A model generated the notes under the pieces. That model saw only the letters and a list, made by a program, of their open reading frames with translations. It ran no database searches and had not been told where the DNA came from. Source: the human T2T-CHM13v2.0 reference genome, Homo sapiens. Taken from it: DNA of 64,000 nt. Below, piece after piece: positions 14,560 to 37,764 of the stretch (position 1 is its first letter; each line of letters begins with the position of its first letter). A program made the translations under genes and the position numbers. The stretch lies in the NCBI RefSeq assembly GCF_009914755.1, contig NC_060925.1. One strand, written 5' to 3'.

Positions 14560-15845
14560 TAAATTACACTTTTATACACATTTTAAGAATGTAAGTAATA
14601 CATACAAATGTAAAGGAAAATGTTGATGGAATTCTAGAGCTTACATCCCAGAATAACTTTTATCTATTTTGGGCGTGTATCACTTCATATGGCTCCTTTA
14701 TGAAAAAACAAAAACAAAAACAAAAAGAACCATAGTCAGATACACTTACACATATCAAGAAAGATAAAGAAAGAATACCTTTGAAAAAAATGCCATATTA
14801 GCTACTTTAAACTAAAATATACATATTATATTTGAATTTATCGGAAAAAATAATTTGAAATTGGAATTGCAGAATTATTATTAAACTTAAGATAGATATT
14901 TCTTTACAAAATATTTAATAGTTCTTGAAAGGGCTTAGATTCTAGGGTGAAGAAAACAGACTGAAAAACATTTTGAAGAGGGAGGAAAGTTGTAGGTGCC
15001 AGTGTAGTTTCTTTTAATTAAGCTTTTTATTTTGAGATAATTGTAGATTCACATGCAGTTGTAAGAAATAATGTAGAGAGATCCCATGTATCCTTTATTA
15101 AGTTTCCCCCCATGGTCACATCTTACAAATTGTAGGACAATATCACAACCAGGATTTTGACATTGACACAATTAAGATACAGAACAGTTCCATCTCCATA
15201 AAGATTCCTCATATTGCCCTTTTATAGCCACATCCACCTCCCTCCCCCACCCCTGGCAATCACTAACATGTTCTCCATTTCTATAATTTTGCCATTTCGA
15301 GAATGTTATCTAGATGGATTCATACACTATGTAACCTTTGTTACAGCTTTGTTTCTTGGAGATTTATCCAAGTTGTTAGTCCAACCTGAGTATATAGAAA
15401 GTTGGAAAGCAGATAGAAAAATGTAAATACTTTTTTTTAGTTTTTATTGCCAAGTAGTATTCTGTGGTATGGAGGTACCACAGTTTAAGAGTTTGCCCAG
15501 TCAAGGGTACCTAGTTGTTTCTAGTTTTGAGCTATTATAAATAAAGCTGTTATGAACATCTGTGTACAGGTTTTGGTGTGAACCTGTTTTCATTTTTCTG
15601 AAACAACTACCTAAGAATACAATTGCTAAATTGTATGGCAGTTGCATATTAGTTTCATAAGCAACTGCCAAACTATTTTCCAAAGTGGTGGTACCATTTT
15701 ACATTACCATAAGCACTGTATAAATGATCCAGTTTCTCTGCATCCTTACCAGCAGCAACTTGCTATTTTTTATTTTAGTTATTCCTGTAGGTTTGTAGTC
15801 ATAATTCATTGTGGTTCTAATTTGCGTTTTTCTGCTGTTGAACAG

Positions 15846-16194
15846 TGTATTAGTCTATTCTCATGCTGCCAATAAAGACATACCTGAGACTGGGTAATTT
15901 ATAAAGAAAAGAGGTTTAATTGACTCACAGTTCCACAGGGCTGGGGAGGCCTCAGGAAACTTACAATTATGGTGGAAGGGGAAGCAAACATGTCCTTCAC
16001 ATGGCAGCAGGAAGGATAATGAATGCCAAGCAAAGGGGGAAAAGCCCCTTATAAAACCATTAGATCTTGTGAGAACTCACTGTCACGAGAACAGCAGCAT
16101 GGGGGTAACCAACCTCATGATTCAATTACTTCCCACTGGGTACTCTCCCACAACATGTGGGGATAATGGGAACTACAATTCAAGATGAGATTTG
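15846..16194 (-). mobile_element. THE1 LTR, truncated at one end
   Basis: tgtattagtc...gagactgggtaatttataaagaaaagaggtttaattgactcacag. Confidence 0.88.
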
Positions 16195-16296
16195 TATCTG
16201 TGTTTTTATTTTTAACTAATTTTCTAATTAGACTTGTTTTTACCTGTTGAATTTTAAGAATTCTTTATATAATGTAATTATTAGTCCTCTGTCAGA

Positions 16297-16663
16297 GGAC
16301 TTATTCCATTTGTGTTGCTATAACAGAATACTTGAGACTGGGTAATTTATAAAGAACAGAAATGTATTTTTCTCACAGTTCTGGAAAATGGGAAGTTCAA
16401 GATCAAGGTGCCAGCATCTGGTGAGGGCCTTTTGTGGCATCCTCCAGAGAGAGAAATGACCTGTCTTCATATGGTGGAAGATAAAAAGGCAAAGAATAAC
16501 AAGAGGGCCAAACATGTCTTTTTATGATGGGATTCCTGCCACCCATAAGGGCAGAGCCCTCATGGCCCTATCACCTTCCAAATGTCCTACTTCCTAACAA
16601 TGCCACAATGACAACCAAATTTCAACATGAGTTTTGGAGGGTACAAACATTCAAACCATAGCA
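16297..16663 (-). mobile_element. MST-type MaLR LTR with 5-bp TSD
   Basis: TSD tcaga at 16292-16296 and 16664-16668; ends caaacattcaaaccatagca. Confidence 0.85.
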
Positions 16664-17864
16664 TCAGATATGTGGTTTGCCAGTGTATGCTCCCAGTCTA
16701 TAGCTTGTCTTTTTATTCTAACAGTTTTTTTGCAGAACAAGTTTTTAATCTTGATAAATTTTAATTTCTCAGTTTTTCCTTTTATGGATTGTGCTTTTGA
16801 TCCCAAGTCTAAGAACTCTTTCCCTAGCCCTAGATCCCAAAGACTTTGGCCTGTGTCTTTTTGTAAAAGCTTTAGAATTTTATTTTTTATACTTACATCT
16901 GTGATCCATTTTGAGTTAATTGTTATATAAAGCGTGAAGTTCAGTTTTTTGCCTATGGATCTCAGATTGCTCTGTCACCAGCTGTTGAAAAGACTACTTT
17001 ATCTCCATTGAATTACTTTCAAACTTTTGTCAAAAACTAGTTAGGCATGTTCTTATGGATCTATTTCTATGGTCTTTATTCTGTTCCATTGATCTATGTG
17101 TCTCTTCACCAATATCACTGCCATGCTTACTTTATACTAAGCCTTAATATCAAGTAAAATGATTCTCCTACTTTATTTTTCTCTGTCAAGATTGTTTTAG
17201 ATGTTTTAGTACCTGTTACTTTCCATATATTTTAGAATAAATTTATTTTTACAAAAACCTTGCTGGGATTTTGATAGAAAATTTATTAAACCTATAGATC
17301 ACAGTTTGAGGAAAATTGACATCTTTACTTTGTTGAGTTTTCAAATCTATAGCATGGTATTTTTCTCCATTTATTAGATATTTGATTTCTTTCATAAGAA
17401 TTTCATAATTTTCATTATATAGCCTCTAAACCTGTTTTGTTAAATGTATATCTATTTCATTTCCTTTCATGCAATTGAAAAAAATAGACATTTGTTATTT
17501 TTATTAATTTTTAATTGACAAATAGTAATTGTGTACATTTATGAGGTGCAATGTGACATGTTGATATACGTACGTGTACGTTATAGAAGATTCAATCAAA
17601 CTAATTAACATGTCTATGACCTTGCCAACTTATCATTTTTTTGACGTGAGAACATTAAAAATCTTTTAGCAATTTTAAAATATGCAATATCTTATTATTA
17701 GTGGTGGTCATCATGCAGTGCAATAGATTGTGTTTTTAATTTTGTTTCCTATATGCTTATCATTAGTGTACAGAAACATGATTGATTTTTGTATTTATTT
17801 TGTATCCTGTGCCCATGCTAAACTTATTTATTAGCTCTACAATGCTTATTTTTATTCTTTGTGA

Positions 17865-18326
<462 letters not shown>

Positions 18327-19029
18327 TGACTTATTACAGTGAATGACTAGAACTTCCAGTACCATGTGGTAGACTGATAAGTGGCGAGAGCATACATGCT
18401 TGCAGTATTGATAAATGTAGGGAGAAAAGCATTCAATTTTTTAACCAATAAGTATGATGTTAGCTATAGATTTTTTCTAGATTTAAAAAATCAAGTTGAT
18501 GTAATCTCCCTGTAGTAATTTAATTAGAGTTTTTAAAAATCGTGAATTGGTACTGGATTTTATCAGATGCTTTTTCTGCATTGATTGATATTATCATATT
18601 ATTTTTCTTTTTATCTTGTTGATATGGTGGATTACCTTGGTTGATTTTTTGAATGCTATTCCCTAGAATAAATCCCATTTGGTGTATGACATATACATAT
18701 GGAGAGTGAGAAACAGGGAGAGAGAGAGAGAGGGCACTTGCTAGATTTAATCTGCTAATTTTTTGTTGAGGATTTAAAATATAAGTTCATGAGAAATATT
18801 GGTCTGTAGTTTTCTTCTCTATACTATCTTGTCTGGTTATGATATCATGAGTCTGGAAGTGTTTTCCTTGCTTCTGTTTTCGGGAAGAGATTGTATAAAA
18901 TTGGTGTTAATTTTTCTTTCTGTTTGGTAGACTGGTAGCCTTCTCCAGTGAAACTATCCAGGCTTGTAGATTTCTGAAAAGGACTTTTAAACAATAAATT
19001 CAATTTCTGTAATGGTTAATTAGGCTGTT

Positions 19030-22020
19030 TCAGGGTCACCATTAACCCACTCTTATCTCCTCAAAACAACAAGAATTCTGCACCTATCCAGTCAAAATCT
19101 CACTTTGGGAGCCTCAGGACTCAAGAGGGAGTCTCTGAAACCCTCATGGAACCAAAGACCTTGGAGGGTCATTTTGAGAGTGCAGACTGACAGCACTTGG
19201 AGGGTCATTTTGAGAGTGCAGACTGACAGTAGGTTACAGGTGGCTGACCTACTGAGTTTGCTCCCAGGTTCAAGCCCAGGAATGGCCCAGTCCTCTAAGT
19301 GGCTTGGCTATAGCCCTCTTTGTCCCTGAGCTTGCAATCAAAACCATCTGCCAAAGAGTCCGGGGGAATCACACTATTAGTGCCTTGATAGAAAGGCTTG
19401 TCTGCTTGCTGATATTGGTTTTGGCAGTGAACATAATAGTTGTTTTGTGGCACTTCCCTAGCCCACTTTATCTGAGGTCCCAGCTGAGAGCTGCTAACAC
19501 AAGGACCCAGAGGGAGACTCACCCATACCTCGCAGCTGAGGAGTCTAAGCCATCCTGAATAGGATCACCAACCTCTTTCCTTGTGCTGTCTCTGAGATCT
19601 ATCTTGTCTGGGAGATGTGTACCTGTTTGGGCTAACAAGATGGGCTCTCCAGCCTGTGTCCCCCAGCAGATCTTGGATGGGTGGTGGGGGGACAGTCACA
19701 GGTCTAGTCCTTCCTGCTGCAATCAGGGAACTATCCTGTCTGTGCAGGGCCCTGCTGAGAGATGTACACTCCTCTAATCCAATGGGATAGGCATTCCAAC
19801 CTCTATCTCACAGTAATCCTGAGGGAGCTAATTCTCAGCTCCAGTCCATCCTGCTACACTTAGGAAACTATTGTCTGTGCAGGGTTCTCCTAGGAGACAT
19901 GTGTTCTCTCAGCCACCAAGATTAGGCTCTTCAGCCTCCAACCCACAGCAGATCCTGAGGGGAACTATGGTCAACTCCAGCCCCTCAAGCTGCACTTGAC
20001 ATCCTATCTTGCCCATGCAGAGACCTGCTGGGAGGCATGTCCATCTCAGCCACTCGGACAATCTTCTGAACTCAGGTCCCTGGTCAGCATTCCCATACAG
20101 CTCTAGTACCCTCCTTGGATCTTTCCCAGGCTTATCTGGGCTGGAATGGCATGTCAACCTTGGAGTCCTTGCAAGACTCATGGCAAGTGTGGACTTAGAG
20201 CATCCTCTAGTGCTGAGATGGCTGCAGTGGTCACAGGCTCAGGAAACACAACAACCAGACTTCTTAGAATCACTAGAATCACTGAGAACCACAAACAAAG
20301 GCAGACTGTGCCTACAATTAAATACTTAATCTCTCAGTGTGCAGACATTGTCACACATCCACAAGCATCAAGAACATTAAGGGAAATATAACCTCACCAA
20401 ACAGACAAAATAAGGTGCCAGAGACTGACCCTAAATTGATGGAAATGTGTGATCTCTCAAAGAATTAGAAATGGCCAGGTTTTGTTGTTGTTGTTGTTGT
20501 TTGTTTGTTTTTGTAGAAACAGGGTTTCTCTCTCTTGCCCAGGATGAAGTGCAATGGTACAATCATAGCTCACTGGAATCTCCAACTCCTGGGTTCAAGA
20601 GATCCTCTGGTCTCAGCCTACTAAGTAGCTGGGACTACAAGTGACCACCACCCCACCCAGCTAATTTTTAAATTTTTTGCAGGGGTCTTGCTATGTTGCC
20701 TAAACTGGTCTTGAACTCCTTAAGTAAACATTAAGTTTACTTAGATGTAAGACCTGAAACTATGAAATTACTGAAAGAAAACACTGGGTAAATGCTACAG
20801 GGCATTGGTCCGGTCAAAGATTATTTGAGTGAGACCTCAAAAAGCATAGGCAATGAAAGCAAAAATGGATAAAACAGGATTATATCAAGCTACAAAGTCT
20901 CTGCACAGCAAAGGAAACAGCAAAGTGAGAAAAATCAACCCTTGGAATGGGAGAACATGTTTGGAAACTATCCATCCAACAAGAGATGAATAACCAGAAT
21001 ATATAAGAAACTCAAACAATTCAATAGCAAAAAACCCCAAATTATCTGATTAAAAATTGGACAAAACATTTCTCAAAAGAAGACATACAGATGGAAACAG
21101 GTATATGAAAACATGCTCAACATCACTAATCATCAGGGAAACACAAATCAACACCACCACAATGAGATATAACCTCACACCTATTAGGATGGCTGTTGCT
21201 AAAAGTCAAAAGATAGCAAGTGTTGATGAGGATGTGGAACAAAGGGAACCCTTGTTTACTGTTGCTGGGAGTGTAAATTGGTACAGCCATTATGGAAAAC
21301 AGTCTAGAGGTTCCTCAAAAAACTAAAAATAGAGCTACCTTATGACCCAGCAATCCCATTACTGAGTATATATCCAAAAGAAAGGAAATCAGCATATTGA
21401 AGAGAGATCTAAATTCCCATGTTTACTGTAGCACTATTCACAATTGCCAAAATATGGAATCAACTAAGTGTTCATTAACAAGTGATTGGATAAAGAAAAT
21501 GTGGTATACATTCCATATGCAATGGAATATTAATCAGCCATAAAAAAGAAGGAAACTTTGTCATTTGCAACTACATGGATGGAGCTGGAGGATATTGTGT
21601 TATGTGAAATAAGCTAGGCACAGAAAAACAGCTGTTAAATATTCTCACTCATATGTGGGAGCTTAAAAAATTATCTCATGGAGGTAGTAAATACAGCGGT
21701 GGTTACTGGAGGCTGGGAAGGGTAGTGGGGAGGGAGGGATGAAGAGGGATTGATTAATGGGTACAAATATACAATTAGATAAAAGATATAAGTTCCAGTG
21801 TTTGGTAGCACAATAGGGCTAGTGTAGGTTTCAAAATATTGAATACTTCAAAATAGCTATAGGAGAAGAATTGGAATATTCCCAACACAAAGAAATGATA
21901 AATGTTTGAGATGATAGATATCCTAATTACTCTGATTTTGATTATTATGTATCATATACAGATATCAAAATATCACATGTACTCCCAAAATATGTACAAC
22001 TATTATATATCAATAAAAAT
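19030..22020 (+). mobile_element. L1MA-like element: 5' UTR/ORF1 start (to ~20475) and ORF2 end/3' UTR (from ~20737), middle missing
   Basis: catcaagaacattaagggaaatataacctcaccaaac at ORF1 start; ORF2-end peptides (RYMKTCSTSLIIRE); 3' end aatatcacatgtactcccaaaatatgtacaactatt. Confidence 0.7.
20478..20720 (-). mobile_element. AluJ-like, truncated
   Basis: Diverged antisense Alu ending abruptly at gaactcct. Confidence 0.8.
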
Positions 22021-22071
22021 TATTTAGTAATTTATCTTTTTATTATTCAGTTTTAAAAGTTCTTTATTTCA

Positions 22072-22390
<319 letters not shown>

Positions 22391-22864
22391 TCAGATACAT
22401 GTTCTTTATATGATGTACTATTTGCAGATATTTTCTCTCATTCTGTGGGTTGTTTTTTCAGTTTCTTGTTGGTATCATTTGCAACACAAAAGTTTTCATT
22501 TTGATGAAATTCAGTGTATCTAGATGCCCTTTATCAAACTGAGAAAGTTCTCTTCTATTCCTAATTAGTTTAAAGGTTGTTTTGTTCTCTTTTGTTTTAC
22601 CATAAAAGGGTGTTAGATTTGTGAAATGCTTTTTCCATGTCTGTTGAGGTGATCATGTGGGTTTCTCCGTTTATTCCATTAATATTATGTATTACAGTAA
22701 TTGATTTTCAGATGTGAAACCAACTTTACATTCTTGGCAGAAATTCTACTTGGTCTTGGTATATAATCCCCATTTTATTTTGCTGGATTTGGTTTGCTAG
22801 CATTTTGAGTTGAGAATTTTTTGCATCTACATTTATGAGAGCTATTGAGCTATAGTTTTCTGTC

Positions 22865-24155
<1,291 letters not shown>

Positions 24156-25409
24156 TATCTTTTTGATATGCTGTTAGACTCGGTTAGCTAGTATTTTGTT
24201 GAGGATTTGTGCATCTATGTTCATCAGGGATATTTGTCTGTAATTTTCTTTTTTCGTTTTGTCCTCTCCTGGTTTTGGTATTAGGGTGATACTGGCTTCA
24301 TAGAATGATTTAGGGGGGATTTTCTCTTACTCTATCTTTTGGAATAGTTTCAGTAGGATTGGTGCCAATTCTTTGAATGTCTGACAGAATTCAACTGTGA
24401 ATCCATCTGGTCCTGAACTTCTTTTATTGGCAGTTTTTAAAAATTACCATTTCAGTCTTGCTGCTTGTTATTGGTCTGTTCAGAGTTTCTCTTGCTTCCT
24501 GGTTTAATCTAGGAGGGTTGTATATTTCCAGGAATTTATCCATCTCTTCTAGGTTTTCTAGTTTGTGCATGTTAAGGTGTTCATAGTAGCCTTGATCTTT
24601 TTTATTTCTCTGGTATCAGTTGTAATATCTCCTGTTTCATTTCTGATTGAGCTTATTTGAATCTTCTCTTTTCTTGGTTAATCTCACAAATGGTCTATCA
24701 ATTTTGTTTATGTTTTCAAAGAACTAGCTTTTTGTTTCATTTATCTTTTGTATTTTTTGTTTCAATTTCATTTAGTTATGCTCTGATCTTTGTAATTTCT
24801 TTTCTTCTGCTGAATTTGGGTTTGGTTTGTTCTTGTTCCTCTAGCTCCTTGAGATGTGACCTTAGATTGTCTATTTGTGCTCTTTCAGACTTTTTGATGT
24901 AGGCATTTAATGCTATGAACTTTCCTCTTAGCACTGCTTTTGCTGTATCTCAGAGGCATTGATAGGCTGTGTCACTATTATCGTTTAGTTGAAAGAATTT
25001 AAGAATTTCCATCTTGATTTCACTGTTGACCCAGAGACCATTCAGGAGAAGATTATTTAATTTTCACGTATTTGCCTGATTTTGAGAGTTCCTTTTGGAG
25101 TTGATTTCCAATTTTATTCCACTGTGGTCTGAGAGAGTACTTGATATAATTTCGATGTTCTTAATTCATTGAGACCTGTTTTGTGGCCTTTCATATGGTC
25201 TGTCTTGGAGAATGTTACATGTGGTGATGAATAGAATGTATATTCTGCAGTTGTTAGGTAGAATGTTCTGTAAATACCTGTTAAGTGCATCTGTTCCAGG
25301 GTATAGATTAAGTCCATTTTTTCTTTGTTGATTTTCTGTCTTGATGACCTGTCTAGTGCTGCCAGTGAAGTATTGAAGTCCCCCACTATTATTTGTGTTG
25401 CCATCTATC

Positions 25410-25718
25410 TTTTTTTTTTTTTTTTTTTGAGATGGAGTCTTACCTTTTTGCCCAGGCTGGAGTGCAGTGACACAATTTCGGCTCACTAAAACCTTCGCCT
25501 CCCAGGTTCAAGTGATTCTCCTGCATCAGCCGCCTGAGTAGAGTAGCTGAGATTACAGGCAGCCGGCACAACACCCAGCTAATTTTTGTATTTTTTTAGT
25601 AGAGACAGGGTTTCGCTGTGTTGGCCAGGCTGGTCTCGAACTCCTGACCTCAGGTGATCCAGCCCGCCTCAGCCTCCCAAAGTGCTGGGATTATAGGTGT
25701 GAGCCACTGCACCCAACA
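25410..25718 (-). mobile_element. AluS
   Basis: Antisense Alu, TSD-like tctatct. Confidence 0.92.
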
Positions 25719-26814
25719 TGTCTATCTCATTTTTAAGGTCTGGTAGTCATTGTTTTATACATTTGGGAGAACCAGTGTTAGGTGCATATATTTTTAGGTC
25801 TGTGATATTTTCCTGTTAAACAAGTCCTTTTATCATTATGTAATGTCTCTTTTTGTCTTTTTAAACTGTTGTTGCTTTAAAGTCTGTTTTGTCTGATGTA
25901 AGAATAACTATTCTTGCCTGCTTTTGGTGTCCATTTGCATGGAATATCTTTTTCCACCCCTTTACCTTAAGTTTATGTGAGTCTGTATGTGTTATGTTAG
26001 GTGAGTCCCTTAAAGACAGCACATACTTGGGTTGGTGAATTCTTATATATTCTGCCATTCTGTATCTTTTAAGTGGAGCATTTAGGCCATTTACATTCAA
26101 CATTAGTATTGAGATGTGAGGTACTCTTCCATTCATTGTGCTATTTGTTGCCTGAATACCTTGATTTTTTTTCATCGTGTTATTGTTTTATAGGCTTTGT
26201 AAGATTTATGCTTTAAGGAAATTCTATTTTGGTGTATTTTTAGGTTTTGTTTCAAGATGTAGAGCTCCTTTTAGCAGTTATTGTAGTGCTAACTTGGTAG
26301 TGGCGAATTCTCTCAGCATTTGTTTGTCTGAAAAAGACTTTATCTTTTCTTCATTTTTGAAGCTTAGTTACACTGGATACAAAATTCTTGGCTGATAATT
26401 ATTTTGTTTAAGGAGCCTAAAGATAAGACCCCAGTCCCTACTAGCTTGTAAGATTTCTGCTGAGAAGTCTGCTGTTAATCCAATAGGTTTTCCTTTATAG
26501 GTTAGCTTGATGCTTTTGCCTCACAGTTCTTAAGATTCTTTCCTTCATCTTGACTTTAGACAATTTGATGACTATGTGCCTAGATTACAATCTTTTGCGA
26601 TGAATTTCCTGGGTATTCTTTGAGCCTCTTGTATTTGGATGTCTAGATCTCTAGCAAGGTCAGGGAAGTTTTCCTTGATTACTCCCTCAAATAAATTTTC
26701 CAAAGTCTTAGATTTCTCTTCTTCCTGAGGAACACAAATTTTCTTAGGTTGGTTTGTTTAACATAATCCCAAGCTTCTTGGAGGCTTTGTTCATTTTTTT
26801 AAAAGTATTTTTTC

Positions 26815-33547
<6,733 letters not shown>

Positions 33548-34959
33548 ATATTTTCTTTGTCTTTGTTGGATTGGATTAATTTGAAAGCCTTGTCTTTGAG
33601 CTCTAAAGTCTTTTCCTTTACTTGTTCGGTTCTATTGTTGAAATTTTCCAGTGTATTTTGCATTTCTGTAAGCATGTCTTTCATTTCCAGAAGCTGTGAT
33701 TTTTTTTTATGATATCTGTTTCTTCAGAGATTTTTTTTCAATCATATCCTGTATTATTTTTTAAGTTTCTTTAAGTTTGTTTTCACCTTTCTCTGGTGCC
33801 TCCTTGAGTAGCTTAATAATCGACCTTCTGAATTCTTTTTCTGGCAATTCAGAGATTTCTCCTTGGTTTTGATCCATTGCTGGTGAGCTAGTGTGATCTT
33901 TTGATGGTGTTATAGAACCTTGTTTTGTCATATTACCAGAATTGTTTTTTTTTTTTCTAGTTTGGATAGACTATGTCAGAGGAAAGATCTGGGACTCAAG
34001 GGCTGCTGTTCAGATTCTTTTGTCCCATGGGGTGATCCCTTGATGTGGTGCTCTCCCTCTTCCCCTAGGGATGGGGCTTCCTGAGAGCATGACTGCAGTG
34101 ATTGTTATTGCTCTTCTGGGTCTAGCTACCCAGTGGAGCTATCAGGCTTTAGGCTGGTAGTGGGGAGTGTCTGTGAAGAGTACTATGATGTGATTCATCT
34201 TCAGGTCTCTCAGCCGTGGCTACCAGCACCTTCTCCAGTGGAGGTGGCAGGGCAGTGAAGCAGACTCTATGAGAGTCCTTGGTTGTAGTTTTGTTTAGTA
34301 TGCTGGTTTTCTCAAATGCTGGTTATGCTGGCAGTGAAGTTGTGATGTGAACAAGTTCAGGACCTCTGGTTAGCCAGGGTGTTACAGCCGGTGGAATTAG
34401 ATGTTGTTTTCCCCTTCCTTGGAGTAGGGTTGGTCTGTTATGAATTGCTGTAATGCCTTGAGTTGGTTGGCTTCCAGCCACATGGTGTTGTCTTTAAGAG
34501 AGCAACATCGATGGTAGTGTGGAGGGATACAAACTTGGCCTAACATCACCTGGATAAGTATTCAGGTTTCTCAGGTAATGGGCAGAGCCATAGAGCTCCC
34601 ATGAATTTATGTCTTTTGTCTTCAGTTACTACGTCAGGTAGAGAAAAACCATCAGGTGGGGGCAGGGTTAGGCGTTTCTGAGCTCAGACTTTCCTTGGGC
34701 AGGGCTTGCTGCTGCCACTGTGAGGGGTGGGGTAGTGGTTCTCAGGCCAATGGAGTTATGTTCCAAGGGGGATTATGGCTCCCTCTGATGCTTTGTACAG
34801 TTCGCCAGGGAAGTAGGGGGAAAGTTGGCATTGACAGGCCTCACCCAGCTCCCACACAGCCAGCAAGGCCAGTTTCACTCCCTCTGTACTCCCACAACAG
34901 CCAACAGAGCCAAATTTATATCCAGACCTCCAGTGTGTAGGGCTGAGATCTTGCTCCAG

Positions 34960-36375
34960 CAGCTTTCAGTACTTCGCCATTCAGTATGATACTAGCTGTG
35001 AGTCTGTCATATACGGCTTTTATTATGTTGAGATACATTCCTTCTATACCCAGTTTTATTGAGGGTTTTTATCATGAAGGGATGTTAAATTTTATCAAAA
35101 GCTTTTTCAGCATCAATTGAAATGATCATATGGTTTGATATGATATATCACACTGATTTATTTGTGTATGTTGAATCATTCTTGCATCCATGGGATAAAT
35201 CACACAGCCATGATGAATGATGTTTCAATGTGTTGTTGAATTTGGTTTGCTCGTATTTTTTGAGGATTTTTGCATCAATGTTCATCCGGGATATGGGCCT
35301 TTAGTTTTCTTTTTTTGATGTGTCTTTGTGTCTGGTTTTGGTTTAAGGGTACTACTGGCCTCATAGAATGAGTTTGGAAGTAACCCCCTCTCCTCTATTT
35401 TTCAGAATAATTTGAGCAGGGGTGGTATTAATTCTTCTTTAAATGTTTGGTAAAATTTTGCAGTAAAGCCATTGGGTCCTAGGTTTTTCTTTGCTGGGAG
35501 ACTTTTTATTATAGCTTCAATCTTGCTAGATGTTATTGATTTATTCAAGTTTTGGATTTCTTCATGGTTCAATCTTTGTAGATTGTATGTGGCTAGGAAT
35601 TTATTTATTTTTAGGTTTTAAAATTTATTGGCATATATTTACCTCATAGTAACCTCTAGCGATCCTTTGAATTTCTGTGGTATTGATTGTAATGTCTCCT
35701 TTTCCTTCTCTCATTTTATTTATTTGAGGCCTCTCTCTTTTTTTCCTTAGTCTGCTTGGCTAACGGTTTGTCATTCTGTTTATCTTTTCAAAAAAGTAAA
35801 CTTTTTGTTTCGTTGATCTTTTGTATCATTTTCTTCAATTTCATTTATTTCTGCTCTGATCTTTATTGTTTCTTCTACTAACTTTGGGTTTGGTTTGCTC
35901 ATGCTTTTCTAGTTCTTTAAGATGCATCATTAGGTTATTTGAAGTTTTTCTTCCTTTTTGATGTAGGTGTTTATAGCTATATACATCCCTCTTAGTACTG
36001 CATTTGCTGTATCCTGTAGATTTTGTTGTTGTATTCCAATTATTTGTTTCAATAAATTTTTTGATTGCCATTTTAATCTCCTCTTTGACCCACTGGTCAT
36101 TCTGGAGCATATTGTTTAAATTCCATGTGATTTTATAGTTTCCAAAATTCCCTTTGTTATTGATTTCTGGTTTATTTCATTGTTGTCAGAGAAGATACTT
36201 GATGTGATTTCCATTTTTGAATGTTTAAGACTTGTTTTGTGGCTAGCATATGGTCTGTCCTTAAGACTGATTCATGTGCTTAGGAGAAGAATGTTTATTT
36301 TGCAACTGTTGGATGAAATATTTATAAATATCTATTAGATCCATTTGGTCTATAGTGCAGATTAAGTCCAGTGTT
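34960..36375 (-). mobile_element. L1MA ORF2 fragment (likely continuation of 22865-24155)
   Basis: Antisense ORF2 peptides (DQWVKEEIK). Confidence 0.72.
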
Positions 36376-37764
36376 TCGTAGTTTTCTTGTTATGTATTTC
36401 CCTCAGGCTTCAGATCTTTTTACCAGCTCAGTGTAGAGCCCTGGGGCCTGTGTGTCTATCTGATAGGATAAGCCGTGGTTATTTATTTTTGCCATTTTAC
36501 GTCTCTTCAAGCTCTTGTTATGTCACTTGCACAGCTTTGTGAGTGAAAAGATATAAATATGATTTGGGATATTCTGCTTACAGGGTGATGAAAGGAGCCC
36601 AGAGAAAAAGATAAAATTTACCTGGTGCTCTTAGTGAGTCTCTTTTTGTGCTTTGTATTCTTTTAGAGGAATCTTCTGTTTAAGAAGTTTATCTTTTGAC
36701 TTTATGTCTAGTATGTTCTGTTTATTGGCAAGGATAACTAATTCTTTATGGTTGTGGTTGTGCTTCCTTTCTCCAATCGAGAGAGACCAAAATATAAACT
36801 TAAGTGGTTTTTTCCTGCTGATCACTCATTATGCATTTTCTAGGCATCTTTTTCCTGGATTGCCTATTTATGTCCTCAAATCTCTTCTTACAAAATTCAG
36901 GTATATTAGTGACCTTTACTTTCATTATTATATGTTTTCATTTTCTTTCACCAATACTATACAAGTAGTAATAGGGTGAGGAGCCACAGTGAGTAGGGTG
37001 AAATGAGCACATTTGTATATTGTGGCTCTCTTACTGAGCCTCACTAGTATTACCGATTATAGCATGAGATTGTATGTTTTTGTTGTTGAATGTATTTTTG
37101 CCAGTTTTTAACTACTTTTGTTTCTTTCCTCTCTTCCTGTCTTGCTTTTTTGTTGTTGTTGTTAGTTTAGGAGAAGGAAGATTTTGTAAGCTGGCTTTAC
37201 CATCTTTACCAAGAAGTTTGATTTACTGTATTATTTCAATTATGTGTACTTCAAATTTCTTATATATTTTTTCTGTTTGATCAGTCATGAGCTAAAAGGA
37301 GTTAAGGGTTCTATTACTATTATCTTTCTCTTCCTTTTGAATTCTCTACTAATTTTGCATTGCATATTTTGATGAATACTATTTGTTGTATAAAAGTTTA
37401 TACTAATTCATTGTTTTTTTTGGAAATAGTATACTTTATTTTTGTATTTTTGCCCCAAAGTCAGCTTTATCTGGTATTCATATTGTGACCCTCACTTTCT
37501 TCTTGTATTTGTCTCCTGTGTTTTTGTCTACTTTTTATTAACCTTGATTGAATCTGTAATCCAAGAGTCTTTTTTTGACTAATAGGCTAGTTTTCCTGAT
37601 TGTATTTGTTGATATGATATGTATCAGTTTTGATTTATTCTTGTGTTTCTGTAATAAACTCTATTTGGTTATGATGTATTTTTAAAATGTGATGTTAGAT
37701 AATGCTGGCCAATATTTTATTTAGCACTTTTATGTTGATATGCATAAGTTGAATGGTTTGTACT

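Noticed and set aside
19030-20400. GC-richer stretch with overlapping ORFs as a hidden gene or promoter
   Set aside because: CpG-poor and runs directly into an L1 ORF1 start; best explained as an old L1 5' UTR
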